DNA of 64,000 nt from Camelus dromedarius (Eukaryota), in contig NC_087438.1 of assembly GCF_036321535.1 (NCBI RefSeq), positions 4,032,001 to 4,096,000 of the forward strand. Reading direction: 5' to 3'. Below are positions 13,054-24,780 of the stretch, piece after piece. The notes under the pieces are model-generated. The model was not told where the DNA came from, ran no database searches, and worked only from the letters and a program-made list of their open reading frames with translations. Every line of letters starts with the position of its first letter. Position 1 is the first letter of the stretch. The position numbers and the translations under genes were made by a program.

Positions 13054-13370
13054 GTAACTGCTAAGGCCCCAAGATCGAGGTGGTTTAGCCCAAGAGAAGT
13101 TAACTCTCAATCAATCGTGTGAAGTCCAACCACTAGATGTTTCTGTGAGCTGGAACCCAGGCTCCTTCCATCTGAGGGCTCTACCAACCCTTGGGCATCT
13201 AGGGATGGAGATTTTATGGGTCAGCCCTGGAAGTGGCATCTATCACTTTCTGGCATTCTGTTGGCCAGGACTTTGTCACCTGAGCACAGCTAAAAGCAGA
13301 GGAGACTGGAAACAGTCTAGCTGGTGCCCTGGAGATGGGCTTGGGGGGAAACAAGGTAACCTCTGCCACC
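13054..13370 (-). mobile_element. Old MLT1 (J/K-like) LTR
   Basis: ACCCAGGCTCCTTCCATCT...CTGGAAGTGGCATCTATCACTTTCTGGCATTCTGTTGGCCAGGACT...CTCTGCCAC. Confidence 0.7.
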
Positions 13371-14400
13371 CCGTTTCAAGACTGTAGACCCGTTTAATCA
13401 GTGCAGAAGATGTATTTTTGCTCCAATGTACAATATACCCTTTCGCAGCTGTGTCTGCATCCAGCAGAGCAGGTCTTGGGATGTGGTATGAAACAGGTAC
13501 AGCTTGCTTGGTTTCCCAAAGATGGAGGCGTAGATCTACACCAAGCCAGCAGCAAAGATACTGGGATTCTAAAAACACCAGATTATTTACTTATCTTGTT
13601 GAGCCTGTAGGAAAGCAAGTGTCAGAGGGTAAACTGATCTGGAAGAGGACCACTGTGTGGTGGGGCAGCTAGGGGATTACAGGATAACTGGGGTGTACAG
13701 ATGTTTCTACAGAGAAGTTGAGTAATGCTTGACTGTCGAAGTGACTTTCTTGTAATTTTTTCTGTTTTTTTTTTTTAATGTTTTAATTCTCCAAGAGTGG
13801 CAATACAAATTCTACAATCTGAAAGTGTGGCCCACATGGAACCAGGAGATCTAGAGAGGAAACTCAAAGAACCAGGAAGAAATACACTTTTGGGGTACAA
13901 TTTATAGTGTCTTTAGAGGAGAATTATTTGGCAGTTTTATGGTAAATGAAGCGTTCACTGAATTTCAGAAGTGGAAAAACCCTGTGATTTTTCCCGTGAG
14001 AAACTGTGGCTCTAGAAGTCTGGGTGATTTGCCTGTAGCCCCCGGCAGCTAGTGGAGGAGCAGGGGAGAAGCAGGGTGCCTTCCCCCCAGGTCCCGTGCA
14101 CGACAGCTGCGTGCTCAGAGCCAGCGCATCTCCAAGGCCACACCTCGCCAGACTGCTCCAGCTGGCCCTGGACTCCTGGAATATGCAGCTCGTCAACCCG
14201 GAGCTCCGTCCACAGTGAAGGACAACCACTCTCCACACAGAGAGCAACAGACAAGGGATTCACACTCCTTGGGAAGATTCTCAGAAATGGCTGGTGGAAG
14301 CCAACGAACCCATCAGAGATGACGGCCACTCCGCTGACGGTGACGGTCTTGCCTTCCCTCTTCTAATTCCCCAGCCTCCACCATCGATTCCTGTTCCATC

Positions 14401-14453
14401 CAAAAGACAAAAACAAAAACAAAAACAAAAAACCCAAAACAAAACAAAAAAAA
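14401..14453 (+). repeat. (CAAAAA)n A-rich simple repeat, possibly inside a decayed LTR end (to ~14510)
   Basis: Read directly; followed by GCCTCAGGCTTTGCTCTGGGGAACT, an ERVL LTR-like terminus. Confidence 0.6.
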
Positions 14454-17402
14454 CCTTCTTCCTAAATCCTTGCCTCAGGCTTTGCTCTGGGGAACTAAAA
14501 TCAACCACATGCGTCTTCGGGACCACCTTACCCAGCGGAGCTACGACAGGCAATGTCCATTTCAGTGAGGTTGTGTATTCTTTCTTACCGTGTGGCTCCT
14601 TTCCAGATACAGCACTTGTTTCCAGGTAGGTCTGGATACACCTTTCAGCCAATAATTCCTTCCTCTTCATTTATCTTTGTAATGGTCACTGAATGAATGA
14701 ATACTTGTGGACGTGGTGAAGAACTGAATGGAAAGAACCCACGGATTTATAGCCAAAACAGGAAGAGAAATTTGGGCCATTTTGCAGTGAAATCATAATG
14801 AGTTAGAAAAGAAACAGAAATAATGAAGGGTTGATTTTCTGAAAGGAGACAGCTGGGAAATCATGCTAATAAATTCTGGTGGACAGAACCAGGCCCGTAG
14901 GACTAGAGAAAAAGCTGGGAGGAGATACCAGGAGGGGGCCCCGCGGTGTGGCAGTGAGGTGAGCATGTGTGAAACTCTGAGCAGACGTTCATTTTTGTTT
15001 TATTTTGGTGCAAAGGCCACAGCACCAAGGGAAGCAGCAGCTCCGGGGCCAGGGAGCAGCATCCAGAACGGGCCACACTCGCCCCTCAGGGAGGGATCAC
15101 AGACTCTGTGGACCTGGGCGTCTCCCTCTGTGAATAGAAATCTCAGCAAAAGAGAAGATGAGGAGTCCAGACCCTTTCAGTCACCCCCAGGCTGACGTGA
15201 GATCACGTGCATCATGTGATAGCATGAGACTCCTCAAAGTTCAGAATGCCGTCCTACGTGCTGGCACAAACGTCCTCCTGCATCTCAGCCCCCCAGTCAT
15301 GGAAGCCCAGCTCTTGGCTTCATCCTGTCTTGTGGTCAGATTCGCTCCCCTGTTCTCAACATGCTGAGCTCACCACTTTGTGCCCAATGGTCTTTCTTTC
15401 TAATGAATGGTACTCGTTTATCAAAATGCATCCTGAGGAAAATGTCAGTTTGAGCCCTTTGTATAGATGTGGATTTTACTATAAAGGCAGAGCCTGGCCC
15501 TTCCTGGGTACCAGCCTCAGAGCCTCACGCAAGGGGAAGGACTTCAGACACCAGGTGCTCCGGAGAAGGGTGGACTGGGGTCTAACCTGTTCTCAGCACC
15601 TAAATGAGCCACTGTTTCCACCATCATTCCTGACCTGGTCAGGAACTGGTCCTAGAGGCTCCCTGGGACCTTGTGTTCAGCGTGTGATAGCTCTGAAGAC
15701 AACTGGTGTACCTGTACACTCACCTGTCCATGTATTTCTCTGCACAGTGAACACCTACAGGACACAGGCTGATTTTCACAATATTTTATCTCAGTGCTTA
15801 ATGCAATGCTTGGCACTCAGTACCATGTAGCCAAAGACCTGCACAGTCTTTGCCAGTCTCAATGGAAACTCTTTCTTTTCTTCCTGGACCCTTGGGACTT
15901 TGAGTGATCTCTCTCTCTCTCTCCTTAACTCACTGTACTTGGCTCCACTTGTCTGTTTCGGTTGTTTGTTTTTAAACATCTTCCATCTGTATCCATTTTC
16001 ATGGTCAGCGGCTTTCTCCCCAACTCCCAGATCCTGCCAGCTACGACAGTGACTTCTGAGACACTTTACTGTTTTTAATATTTCAGCAGTTCAGTCAACA
16101 TGGCAGAAGACAGAAAGAATTACCTTCCACAGGCCTCATTTTGATCCTGACTTCTTCAGACAGGGTTTCATAATGTCTCAGTACTGCCTCTGAAATTTAA
16201 TAAAACCCCAGTCTTGGCTCTAAGTTGGTTTACTGACTGACCCTCCATTACCCGAAACAAATCTTCTGTTAAATGCAATTAAAATTACTTGATTCCAACA
16301 AAAGACCTGCTGTGTAATCCTCCATTCTGGGTGGCCTCTCTTCCATCTGCATAGCATGTGCACCCTCCACGGGTTTCCTAATAGGCTTGCCACTGAACCT
16401 AGCTCCTCCCCTTTTCAAAACTCGCTTCTTTCTTCAGAGGTTCAAAGACAGACCAAGCCCACCCTGTAGGATCATTGCAATTATTCTAAACTCTGTTCCC
16501 ATTACCCTAAGCATCTCCCAAGCTCATTCTTTGCTTTTTCTTCCTTCTGTGTTATTGTTTTTCATGAAATGCATGTGGTTGATGCATTTCTCCTATGGAC
16601 TTGCATGTTCCCATCACTTGGTTTTTTATCTATTTGGTTTTCTGGATATCAGGTCCCCTCAACCGAGACACATGTCCTCACTTTCCTGTGGCAATTCCCT
16701 CAGACCTTCTAGAGTCCTCTGCACATCCAGTGTGTGCAGATGAAGAAGAGGATGATGAGGAGGAAGACATGACAAACAGGTCTGCCCAAGGGGCCTTAAA
16801 GTTTGCATTTGCCAAGAAAGCCATCTACCCCAAATGGAGGAAGATGTCCTTTGTCCAGCAAACCAAAGGATCTACAAATCCAATCCTTGGGCTTTACTCA
16901 AATAAATACCCAAGTATTTGCCTCAAAATAGCTCATAATTGCAGTCTGGGGCAGCATGGTACTGTCATTGAGCTCTTCACTGGGATGCGTCCCAGGTGTG
17001 GAAGAGCACAGCGCACATGTTTATTTATCTAAGGAGCCTGGGGAGATGAAGTTCCTGAGGAAGGATTGGCCTTCTCCAAACCATCTCTCTGGGCTCTGGG
17101 GAGGAGAATGTCTTCCCCACTGAACTGATTGAAGACCAAGAAGCTAGCCTTAGAGAAGGCGTCTGTCCTTCCTTTGGGAGGGAAGCCATTGCTGTCACTC
17201 TCTGGAAGGAAATAAAGACATAAGTTAAGGGCCTTGAGGAGAAACCTTTTGGCCTAACTTTAGGAATCAGGAAATGGTGCTCCCACCCAAACCCCATTTC
17301 CAAAACTTGAGAGAGTTTTCCACGGTCGTTAGGGTGCTACTGGCAGACGTGGTGATCTGAGGGATTTTGTGATCAATTTGGAAAATGTTCCATCTTCCTC
17401 CC

Positions 17403-18420
17403 AATTTTTTTTATTGTGGTAAAATACATAGAATGTAAAATTCAACACATTAACCATTTTTAAGTGTACAGTTCAGTGGTATCTAACAGATTTGAAATGC
17501 GCAACCATCACCACATCCATCTCCAGAACTCTTTTCATCTTGTGAAACAGAAACTCCATACTCATTAAACAGTAACTACCCTTTCCTCCTCTCCCCAGGC
17601 CCTGTGAACATCATTCTGCTTTATGTGTCTGTTAACTTTGTGTAAGTGGAATCATACTGCATTTGTCTTTTTGCGACTGGCTTAGTTCAATTACCATAGC
17701 ATCCTCAATGTTCATGTTATGGTATGTGTCAGAATTTCCTTCACTTCTGAGGCTGAATAATATTCCAGTGAATGTTCAGTTGGCCCTTGAACATCATGGG
17801 GGTTAGGGCCGTCCAACAGCCATGCAACTGAAAATCCCCATATAAATTTACAGTCAGCCCTCAGTATCCGAACCTGCGGATTGTGTAGTACTGTAGTATG
17901 TGTTTAGTGGGAAAAAATCCACAAGCAAGTGGGCCCTCGCAGCTCACACCTGTGTTGTTCGAGGGCCAGCTGTATATGTCACATTTTGCTTGTCACTTGT
18001 CACTCAGTGAGCACTTGGGTTCCCTCATGCTTTGAGTGTTGTCAATACTGCTGCTACGAACATAAATGTATACATTTTAGAGACCCTGCTTTCAATTCTA
18101 GTGGAATTGCTAGAACACATGGCAATTCCATTTTTTTTGAAGAAATGGCATACTGTTTTCCATAGCAACTGCACCATTTCACACTCCTACCAGCAGTGAA
18201 CAAGAGTTCTGGCTAGTCCACACCCTCACCAGCACTTGCTGCTGTGTGTTTGCTTGATGGCAGCCGTCCTAAGTGTGTGAAGTGATACCTCATTGTGGTT
18301 TGGGTTTGCATTTTCCTAACGATCAGTGATTTTGAGCATCTTTTCATGTACTTATTAGACATTTGTGTATTTTCTTTGGAGAAATGTCTATCCAAGTTCT
18401 TTGCTGGTATTTGAATCAGG
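17403..18420 (-). mobile_element. L1MA/MB-type 3' end, interrupted by MER8
   Basis: TTTTTTTTATTGTGGTAAAATACA...TTTAAGTGTACAGTTCAGTGG; ORF 18213-18395 MDRHFSKENTQMSNKYMKRCSKSL..TTMRYH is L1 ORF2 C-terminal sequence. Confidence 0.9.
17777..17972 (-). mobile_element. MER8-like TcMar-Tigger MITE
   Basis: TIRs CAGTTGGCCCTTGAACATCA / TGTTGTTCGAGGGCCAGCTG; TA on the right flank (left flank reads TT). Confidence 0.85.
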
Positions 18421-18424
18421 CAAA

Positions 18425-20345
18425 ACAGGGAAGTTGAAATTATAAGAATAGAAAAAGTTAAGCCAGTTTAACCAAAACAAAGGAAATATTCATCAAAGAA
18501 AAGATGTGTTAATCTAAGACAAAGTAGACTTTAAGAAAAAATTATCATCAAAGAAAAAAAATGTTAAGATAATGACAATAGGTAAATTTCTCCAGGAAAA
18601 TTCTAAAGAAAAACCTATAAAATTGAATGTGCATGTCCCTATCTCAGAGCTGCAGGACATATTAAAAAAAAAATGACAGAATTACAAGCGGAAAATGAAA
18701 AATATATCATTAGTATTATGGGAGATTATTACAACAATCTCTTTCAGTAATTGAGACATACTACAAAGAATAGAAATAGAATATGGAATAGCTTAATGTT
18801 GTAATTATAGACTATCTTGATTTTAAAAAACATATCCAGAACACTTCACCTTAAAACGATGACTAATATTGGAATCTTTATTAATATTGATTATGTTATT
18901 TAGACCATAAAACAAATTACAATAAATTCCACAGACTATTTCTTCTGACCCTGGTGCAAGCAAATTAAAATTTATTTTTTAAAAAAGTGTGCATGCTAGG
19001 AAATTTCAAAACAAACTTGTGTAGAACCCATAACTCAAAGAGTAAAGTATAATAAAAATTAGACTGTATCTAGAAATGAATGATACTAAAAATATCGCTT
19101 GTCACAAAAAGAACCGTATTTAGAATTATACTGACTGTACTAACGCTAACTAAAATTCTACCAAAATTCAAAGACACAAATTCTAACATTATAGACATTG
19201 TTCTGAGGACTAGGAATGTACGAGCTGGTCTCAAATCCGGTAGCAAGTTTGTTCAAAGCAGAGACAAGACCAATCTCACTGCTGACCACAGAAGCAACAG
19301 TATTAAATACATTGGCAAGCTGAATCCAGTGACACACTCAGAAGATAATACATCATGAACACAGTGGCTTTATACCAATAACACAAAGATGATAAACATT
19401 ATAAAATCTACTACTATGACTCAAAATGCAGGTTGAAACCAATCAGATTGACATACAGTGATCGTAATTAGTTAAACTAAAAAAATATTCAAAATTAAGC
19501 TTTTCCAAATCTAGAAAGAGCAAAAATTGCCTTTATTATAATAAGAGGTATTTACAAGAAGCTACAATGAACCTGATATTTAACTGTGAAATGACAAAAG
19601 AATTTTCCTTAACATCAGGAACAAGAGCAGAATGCCTACTCTCACTGCTTCTTTTCAATTTTTTTTCTTGGTGTCCAAGACAACACTATTAAGGAAGAAT
19701 AAAGAAGTAAATATTAACAGTAGAACAGTCAATGTGTTTCTGTGCACAGAAAACCCCAGAGAACCTAGAACTAAATTACTGGAGTTAATAAGAAAAGTCA
19801 GAAGGTTGCTAGATGCAAAATCAATGTATGAGAACGGATTATATTCCAATAACCATCGACAAACAGGTGGAAAATCTAATTATAAAAATACCGTTTACCA
19901 AACAACAAATATATTATTGAGGATTAAATCTAGCAAGAGGTAGGCAATAACTTTATGGGTAAAAATATGAAACATTATTAAAAGTCGTAAAATAAGTACT
20001 TGCTAAATGAAGAGATTTAACAGATCATGACTAGGAAGATTCAGATATCAAGTTTTTATAAAATAAAAGAGACCGAGTATAATGTTAACACTAGGATAGA
20101 AAAACAAACGGATAGAGCATGACAGAGACCCACCACACACATCGTTACAGAGAATTGGTATATGTCAGAGGCAGTTTTGCCAGTCAGTGGAGAAATGTGG
20201 GCATATTTAGTGAGGAGTGTGGGAAAAGTTAGTTATCCCCCAAATATATGTATTTCATACATATAAACATATGTTTAAGTGCTACATTACACCTTAGATA
20301 AAAACAATGCTAAGTGGGATAGAATCTAAAGATGAGAAATAAGAT
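18425..20345 (+). mobile_element. Highly decayed L1M ORF2
   Basis: A-rich; AGACAAAGTAGACTTTAAG, TTAACATCAGGAACAAG..GAATGCCTACTCTCACT, CTAAATTACTGGAGTTAATAAG; stops and frameshifts throughout. Confidence 0.8.
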
Positions 20346-20834
20346 TTTTAAAATCTACTAAAGTGATTATGCTTATGCCCACGTGAAAGTAACTGCTGTG
20401 GGATCTGCTCACCCATCATAAACACCTGGAAATAAGAACTCTACAAAAGATATAAAACAATGTTTTTAAAAATGGGAAGCACAGAATTCTGATCATATTC
20501 ATCTCCTTCTTAGAGGAACTCCTTATAGTGGACCACCTCTCCAGCCAATAATAATTATAAACCTTGCATAAAATATAATAAACATTTCTGAAGGCACTAG
20601 AAAGTGACCAAAAGTTGGTGTAAATAACTAGAGGGGATTTGACTCAAACAAAGAAAACCACACTTAGTGAAATCCACATTTATATGTTTCACTTCAAATT
20701 GGAAAGGCAGACCCAAACATCACTGGAGGAGCATCTGCAAATAGAAGAGTGTGTGCCAAGGTAACACGCAGACGTCTGAGGATGCTTAGCTGCAGTCTGG
20801 TCCATGGAAAGAGACTTACAACATGACACAGATC

Positions 20835-21105
20835 ACAAAAAGTAATCTTTGAAATATTGCTAAGAATAGGTACACGTAATGTAGAAAAATTACATTGTTA
20901 GCCTGCCAGATCTTTACTTTTTGGACAGGCTTACTGCAACTGAGTATCTTGAGAGAGCTGTCAATAGAGTATCTTGATTTCAGCAAGACATCTTGAACTC
21001 AGTGGATTAAAAAAGAAAAAAAAAGGATGAAGCAGGAATAAATCTAAATTTGCATGCACCTAGGAGACTCTGCTTGGAGCACTGTGCTATTCTCTGGTGG
21101 GGAAG
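20835..21105 (+). mobile_element. Possible L3/CR1 RT fragment
   Basis: GTATCTTGATTTCAGCAAGACAT resembles the CR1 YLDFSKAFD codons. Confidence 0.4.
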
Positions 21106-22104
21106 AAGCAATTCTAGCATGTTCCCATTATTGCTGAAGCGTGTATTCAGTGTCATCCCAAAGAGCTCACATGGAACCCGAGAGTGCACAGGGGAAGCTG
21201 TTTTAAATGTGTTTTGTCACAGCTGCTTTGAGTGAAAAAAATGACAACAATAAACAATGTGCATATTCCATGCTCATTTATTTTTGTTTTTAAAATTGTA
21301 TTTCCACAGGAAACCTGAGTAGAATATTTTCACATCTCTAATATGAGGCTCATTTTCTGTTTGTTTGCTTTTTTACTTTTAAAAATAATGATGAAAAGTT
21401 GGATATATAGAATTAGGGGGCGAGTGTGTGTGATCCACACATTCATGATGTCTTAGCTCTGGTTAAAAGACAAACAGGAAGGGTTAACACTATGTCCCTT
21501 TTATACAGCAATACTGAACGGACGTGAGTGCCCTTGTAAATGGAAGAATAAAAGGTTGGGATAAAGACTCATGTAAGGCTACAAGAATATTCACACAAAG
21601 TTCATTAGAGCTGATGCAGCGCACGTGAAGGATGGATGCCTCACTCGTGTGAAAATGTGCCCACCAGCCCAGGAGACTGGCTCTGAGAGGTCTCATCAAG
21701 TGTGCTGCCTTCACCTTCCAGGAATAGCTGCTGGGTCTTGTTATCCAAAGAACACAGACGGGACTGTTCTGTGCACAGGCTGACTTCTCTCCAAGGATGC
21801 CACTGCTCACACTCTAACTGTGGCTGACGTCCCAGTTTCTCACTTGCACATCCAGGACTTGGGTTAAAGCACAGCTAAGCTCCGTCCAATCCTAATCGTC
21901 GGAGCTTCTGCTGTTACTTCAGATGCTCCAGCCATCTTAGGCAAAGAACCAGAGAATCTCCAACACAAAGTCACAGAAATTAGAATTATAGAAAACATTT
22001 CTAAAGAGCATTTTTAATAGTCATAAAGGTAATGCAAATTTGTTTTAGGAAATTTGTGCGTTACAGGAAAACAAACCTTGTGATAATCGTCTAAATTATC
22101 TAAT

Positions 22105-22330
22105 ATTTGTTAAGCACTCGTAAAAATCTCAGAACTAAATACTTCATATTTATTTGTTTCTCCCCAAGCCTCATGAAATAGGTAAAATTACATTAGTTAT
22201 ATTATAGAGATAAATAAATGAAGATTAGAGACTTAGCAGTTATTCATACAACCATAATGTGATTTCACAGCTAGTAGGTGGGATTTGACCTCAGACCAAG
22301 TCATAAAGAATAAATTTTTACCATTGTAAT
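22105..22330 (-). mobile_element. MIR SINE (decayed)
   Basis: CCTCATGAAATAGGTA...CACAGCTAGTAGGTGGGATTTGACCTCAG. Confidence 0.55.
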
Positions 22331-22551
22331 AATCTGACCATCAAGTATTAAACATTCATTTCCTTCAGTCTGTCTTCGTATAGATCTATATTCTAAAAAG
22401 AAATTGAGATTATACTATATATATTGAATTGGTCAGCTTTTGTTGCTGGTAAATTGAATATATCTCCATATCATAGATTTGTATTATACAACATTATTTT
22501 CAGCAGCCCATGGCTATTGAAATTCTGTTGAGGGGAATATTGTAAAATTTA

Positions 22552-23062
22552 CTGCAGTCTGTTATCTACTGGTGTATCACAAATTATTCTAAAAATGTAA
22601 ACACTTAAAACAACAAACGTTGACTGTCTCATGGTTTCCAGGAGTCTGACAGCAGCCCAGCTGAGCTACTCTGGCTCACAGCCTCCACCTGGGAGGTGAA
22701 GAACCACAGTCATGATGCAGTTCAGGTGGTGGGCGGGGCATGGTCATCTGAAGGCTTGACTGCGGCGGGAGGATCTGTTTCTAAGATAGCCCCCTCACAT
22801 GGCTTTTGGCTGGAGGTCTTATACTATGGAGCTCTCCTCATAACAAAGGCAGGTGACAGGTGTAAAATAGAAAAAGCAAGGAGCAAGCCTCAGTGACTCT
22901 CATGACACAGTTTCCAAGGTCAAACAGACCACTTCCTGTTTATTATGCTGGATATAAGTGACTCATGAGGCCCATGGCACCCTCAAGGGGAGGGGAGTTA
23001 GGTCCCATCTCTTGCAAGGAAGCGCATCAGGGAGGCTGCAGGAGTACTTTCAAATCACAACA
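22552..23062 (-). mobile_element. MLT1 (H/I/J-like) LTR
   Basis: CTTAAAACAACAA...TGGTCATCTGAAGGCTTGACTG..GGAGGATCTGTTTCTAAGAT...CTCAAGGGGAGGGGA. Confidence 0.75.
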
Positions 23063-23280
23063 TGAAATAATGCTATTTCTATATTTACATTTGTATGTTT
23101 TCTAATTGACTTCATTGTTTAACAATGTTGTTATAAGCAGCTTCATACATACATCTATGAGATTTTTTTATTATAATTCCCTTAGAATAATATCCAACTG
23201 GGACTAGGATAAAGTATATAAATATCTTTGAGGTTTGGGGTACATATCACCCTTTAGAAGGAGGGCATCTCTTGAGCCTC

Positions 23281-23790
23281 TGTGGCGGATTGTATTTCCC
23301 AAAGATGACCAACAAAATCACTACATTCTACATATTATTCTTACAATGTGATGTTAACAATATACCCATTGAGTATTAGGGTCTAAGTCCTACTCCCCCA
23401 CCCCTGAACCTGGGTGAAACTTTGTGACTGTCTCAACCAATAGAATATGGTAGAAATGACACTGTGTAACTTCTGAGTAGGTAATTAAAATGTCATGCAC
23501 TTCTGCTTTGTCCTCCTGGAACACTTGCTCTTGGAACCAGCTACCATGCTGCAAGGAAGCCAACAGTCCTCAAGGAGAGACCACATGTAGGTGTTCTGGA
23601 TGTCAGCCCCAGCTAAGGTCCTGGCCACCAGCCAGCATCAGCCACCAGACAGTAAGTGAGTGAGCCTTCTGATAACTTCAGAGACAAGGCACTCCAGGCC
23701 TCAATGCCCAGCTGACACTGCATGGAGCAGAGATGAGCTGCCCATCGAACGTGGTCCAAAATGGAGATTCATAAGCAAAATGTAACTGGT
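23281..23790 (+). mobile_element. MLT1F/G-like LTR
   Basis: TGTGGCGGATTGTATTTCCCAAAGATG...ACCAATAGAATATGGTAGAAATGAC...CAGCCAGCATCAGCCACCAGAC...TGGAGCAGAGATGAGCTG. Confidence 0.8.
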
Positions 23791-24780
23791 TATTTCACTC
23801 CAGTGTACTGACTCAAGAAAAATGAAAACCTATGTCAACAAAATACTCATATAAGAAAGTGAATAACTACCAAAAACTGGAGAAAAATCCATATATCTAT
23901 TGACAGAAAACCAGATAAACAATTGTGCTATCCTCCTAAAATGAGGGTGCAGCAATTAAAAGGAGCACACGACTTACATTCGCAACAGTACTGATCAGTC
24001 TCACAGAAGAGAACACGCTGTGTGATTCATTTGCATGAAATACTAATACAGTTTGTTGGAGGGCAGTGGGAACAAAAAGCACCCACTGAACTAGGTATCT
24101 CGAGACTGAAAAATGAGGCAGGCAGCTCCATGTAATCAATGAATCAGTTTTTTATTATACGGTAACTTACAGGGTGGGCTCCAGTGGACAATGATCTGGA
24201 GGCATTTGCAGCTGCCCTTGGCACCTCCAAAAGGCCACTGGGACAGGTTGAGTTAACCCAGGGTATGGAGGTAAGTGCTTGGAAACTGGATATGCATTCC
24301 TAAACCAAGATTTAGGAATGGGTAACTATTCTTGTGGGTGCAGGAATAGGTCAGAGAAGGTCTTCATCATTGTTTAGGGACTAACAGAGCATAGAGGCCA
24401 CCTGGTCCTAAAGATTATTAAACAATATCTATTAACTACAAAGTTTTGACGACAGAGAAGAAATTTACTACGTGGTACATCCCCAGGTTGCATCAGTGGA
24501 AGGACAGGAGGAACTGAATGGGCCCAAGATGTCTTCAGTTATGCTAACATCCAGGCACAGTTAAAACTAAAATGTGGTGATCAGATTGTGGTTACGGGGC
24601 CGGGTGAGAGTGGACATTGACTAGAAAGGAGTGCAATGGAATTTTCTGGGAGGATGGAAATGTTGCTTGTCTTGTTTTGGGTATGGTGACACAGGTGTGT
24701 ACAATTGTCAAATTTCATCGAACTGAACACTTAAAATATGTGTATTTTATTGTATAGTAACTACATCTCAATTTTTAAAA
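23790..24780 (+). mobile_element. L1MC/ME 3' end split by an LTR
   Basis: ACTCAAGAAAAATGAAAACCTATGTC ... (LTR) ... GGATGGAAATGTT...CAAATTTCATCGAACTGAACACTTAAAATATGTG. Confidence 0.75.
24054..24557 (-). mobile_element. Solo LTR, family not recognised
   Basis: TG...CA termini; perfect 5-bp TSD CAGTT (24049-24053, 24558-24562); minus-strand AATAAA at 24151-24156. Confidence 0.8.

Noticed and set aside
15018..15040. REST/RE1-like CAGCACCAAGGGAAGC
   Set aside because: Right half-site GGACAG is not matched
15246..15830. 194-aa ORF
   Set aside because: No recognisable homology; ends in an L2-like tail; length compatible with chance
16741..16768. Acidic DEEEDDEEED stretch in ORF 16595-17032
   Set aside because: A short GAR/GAT simple repeat; flanks not protein-like
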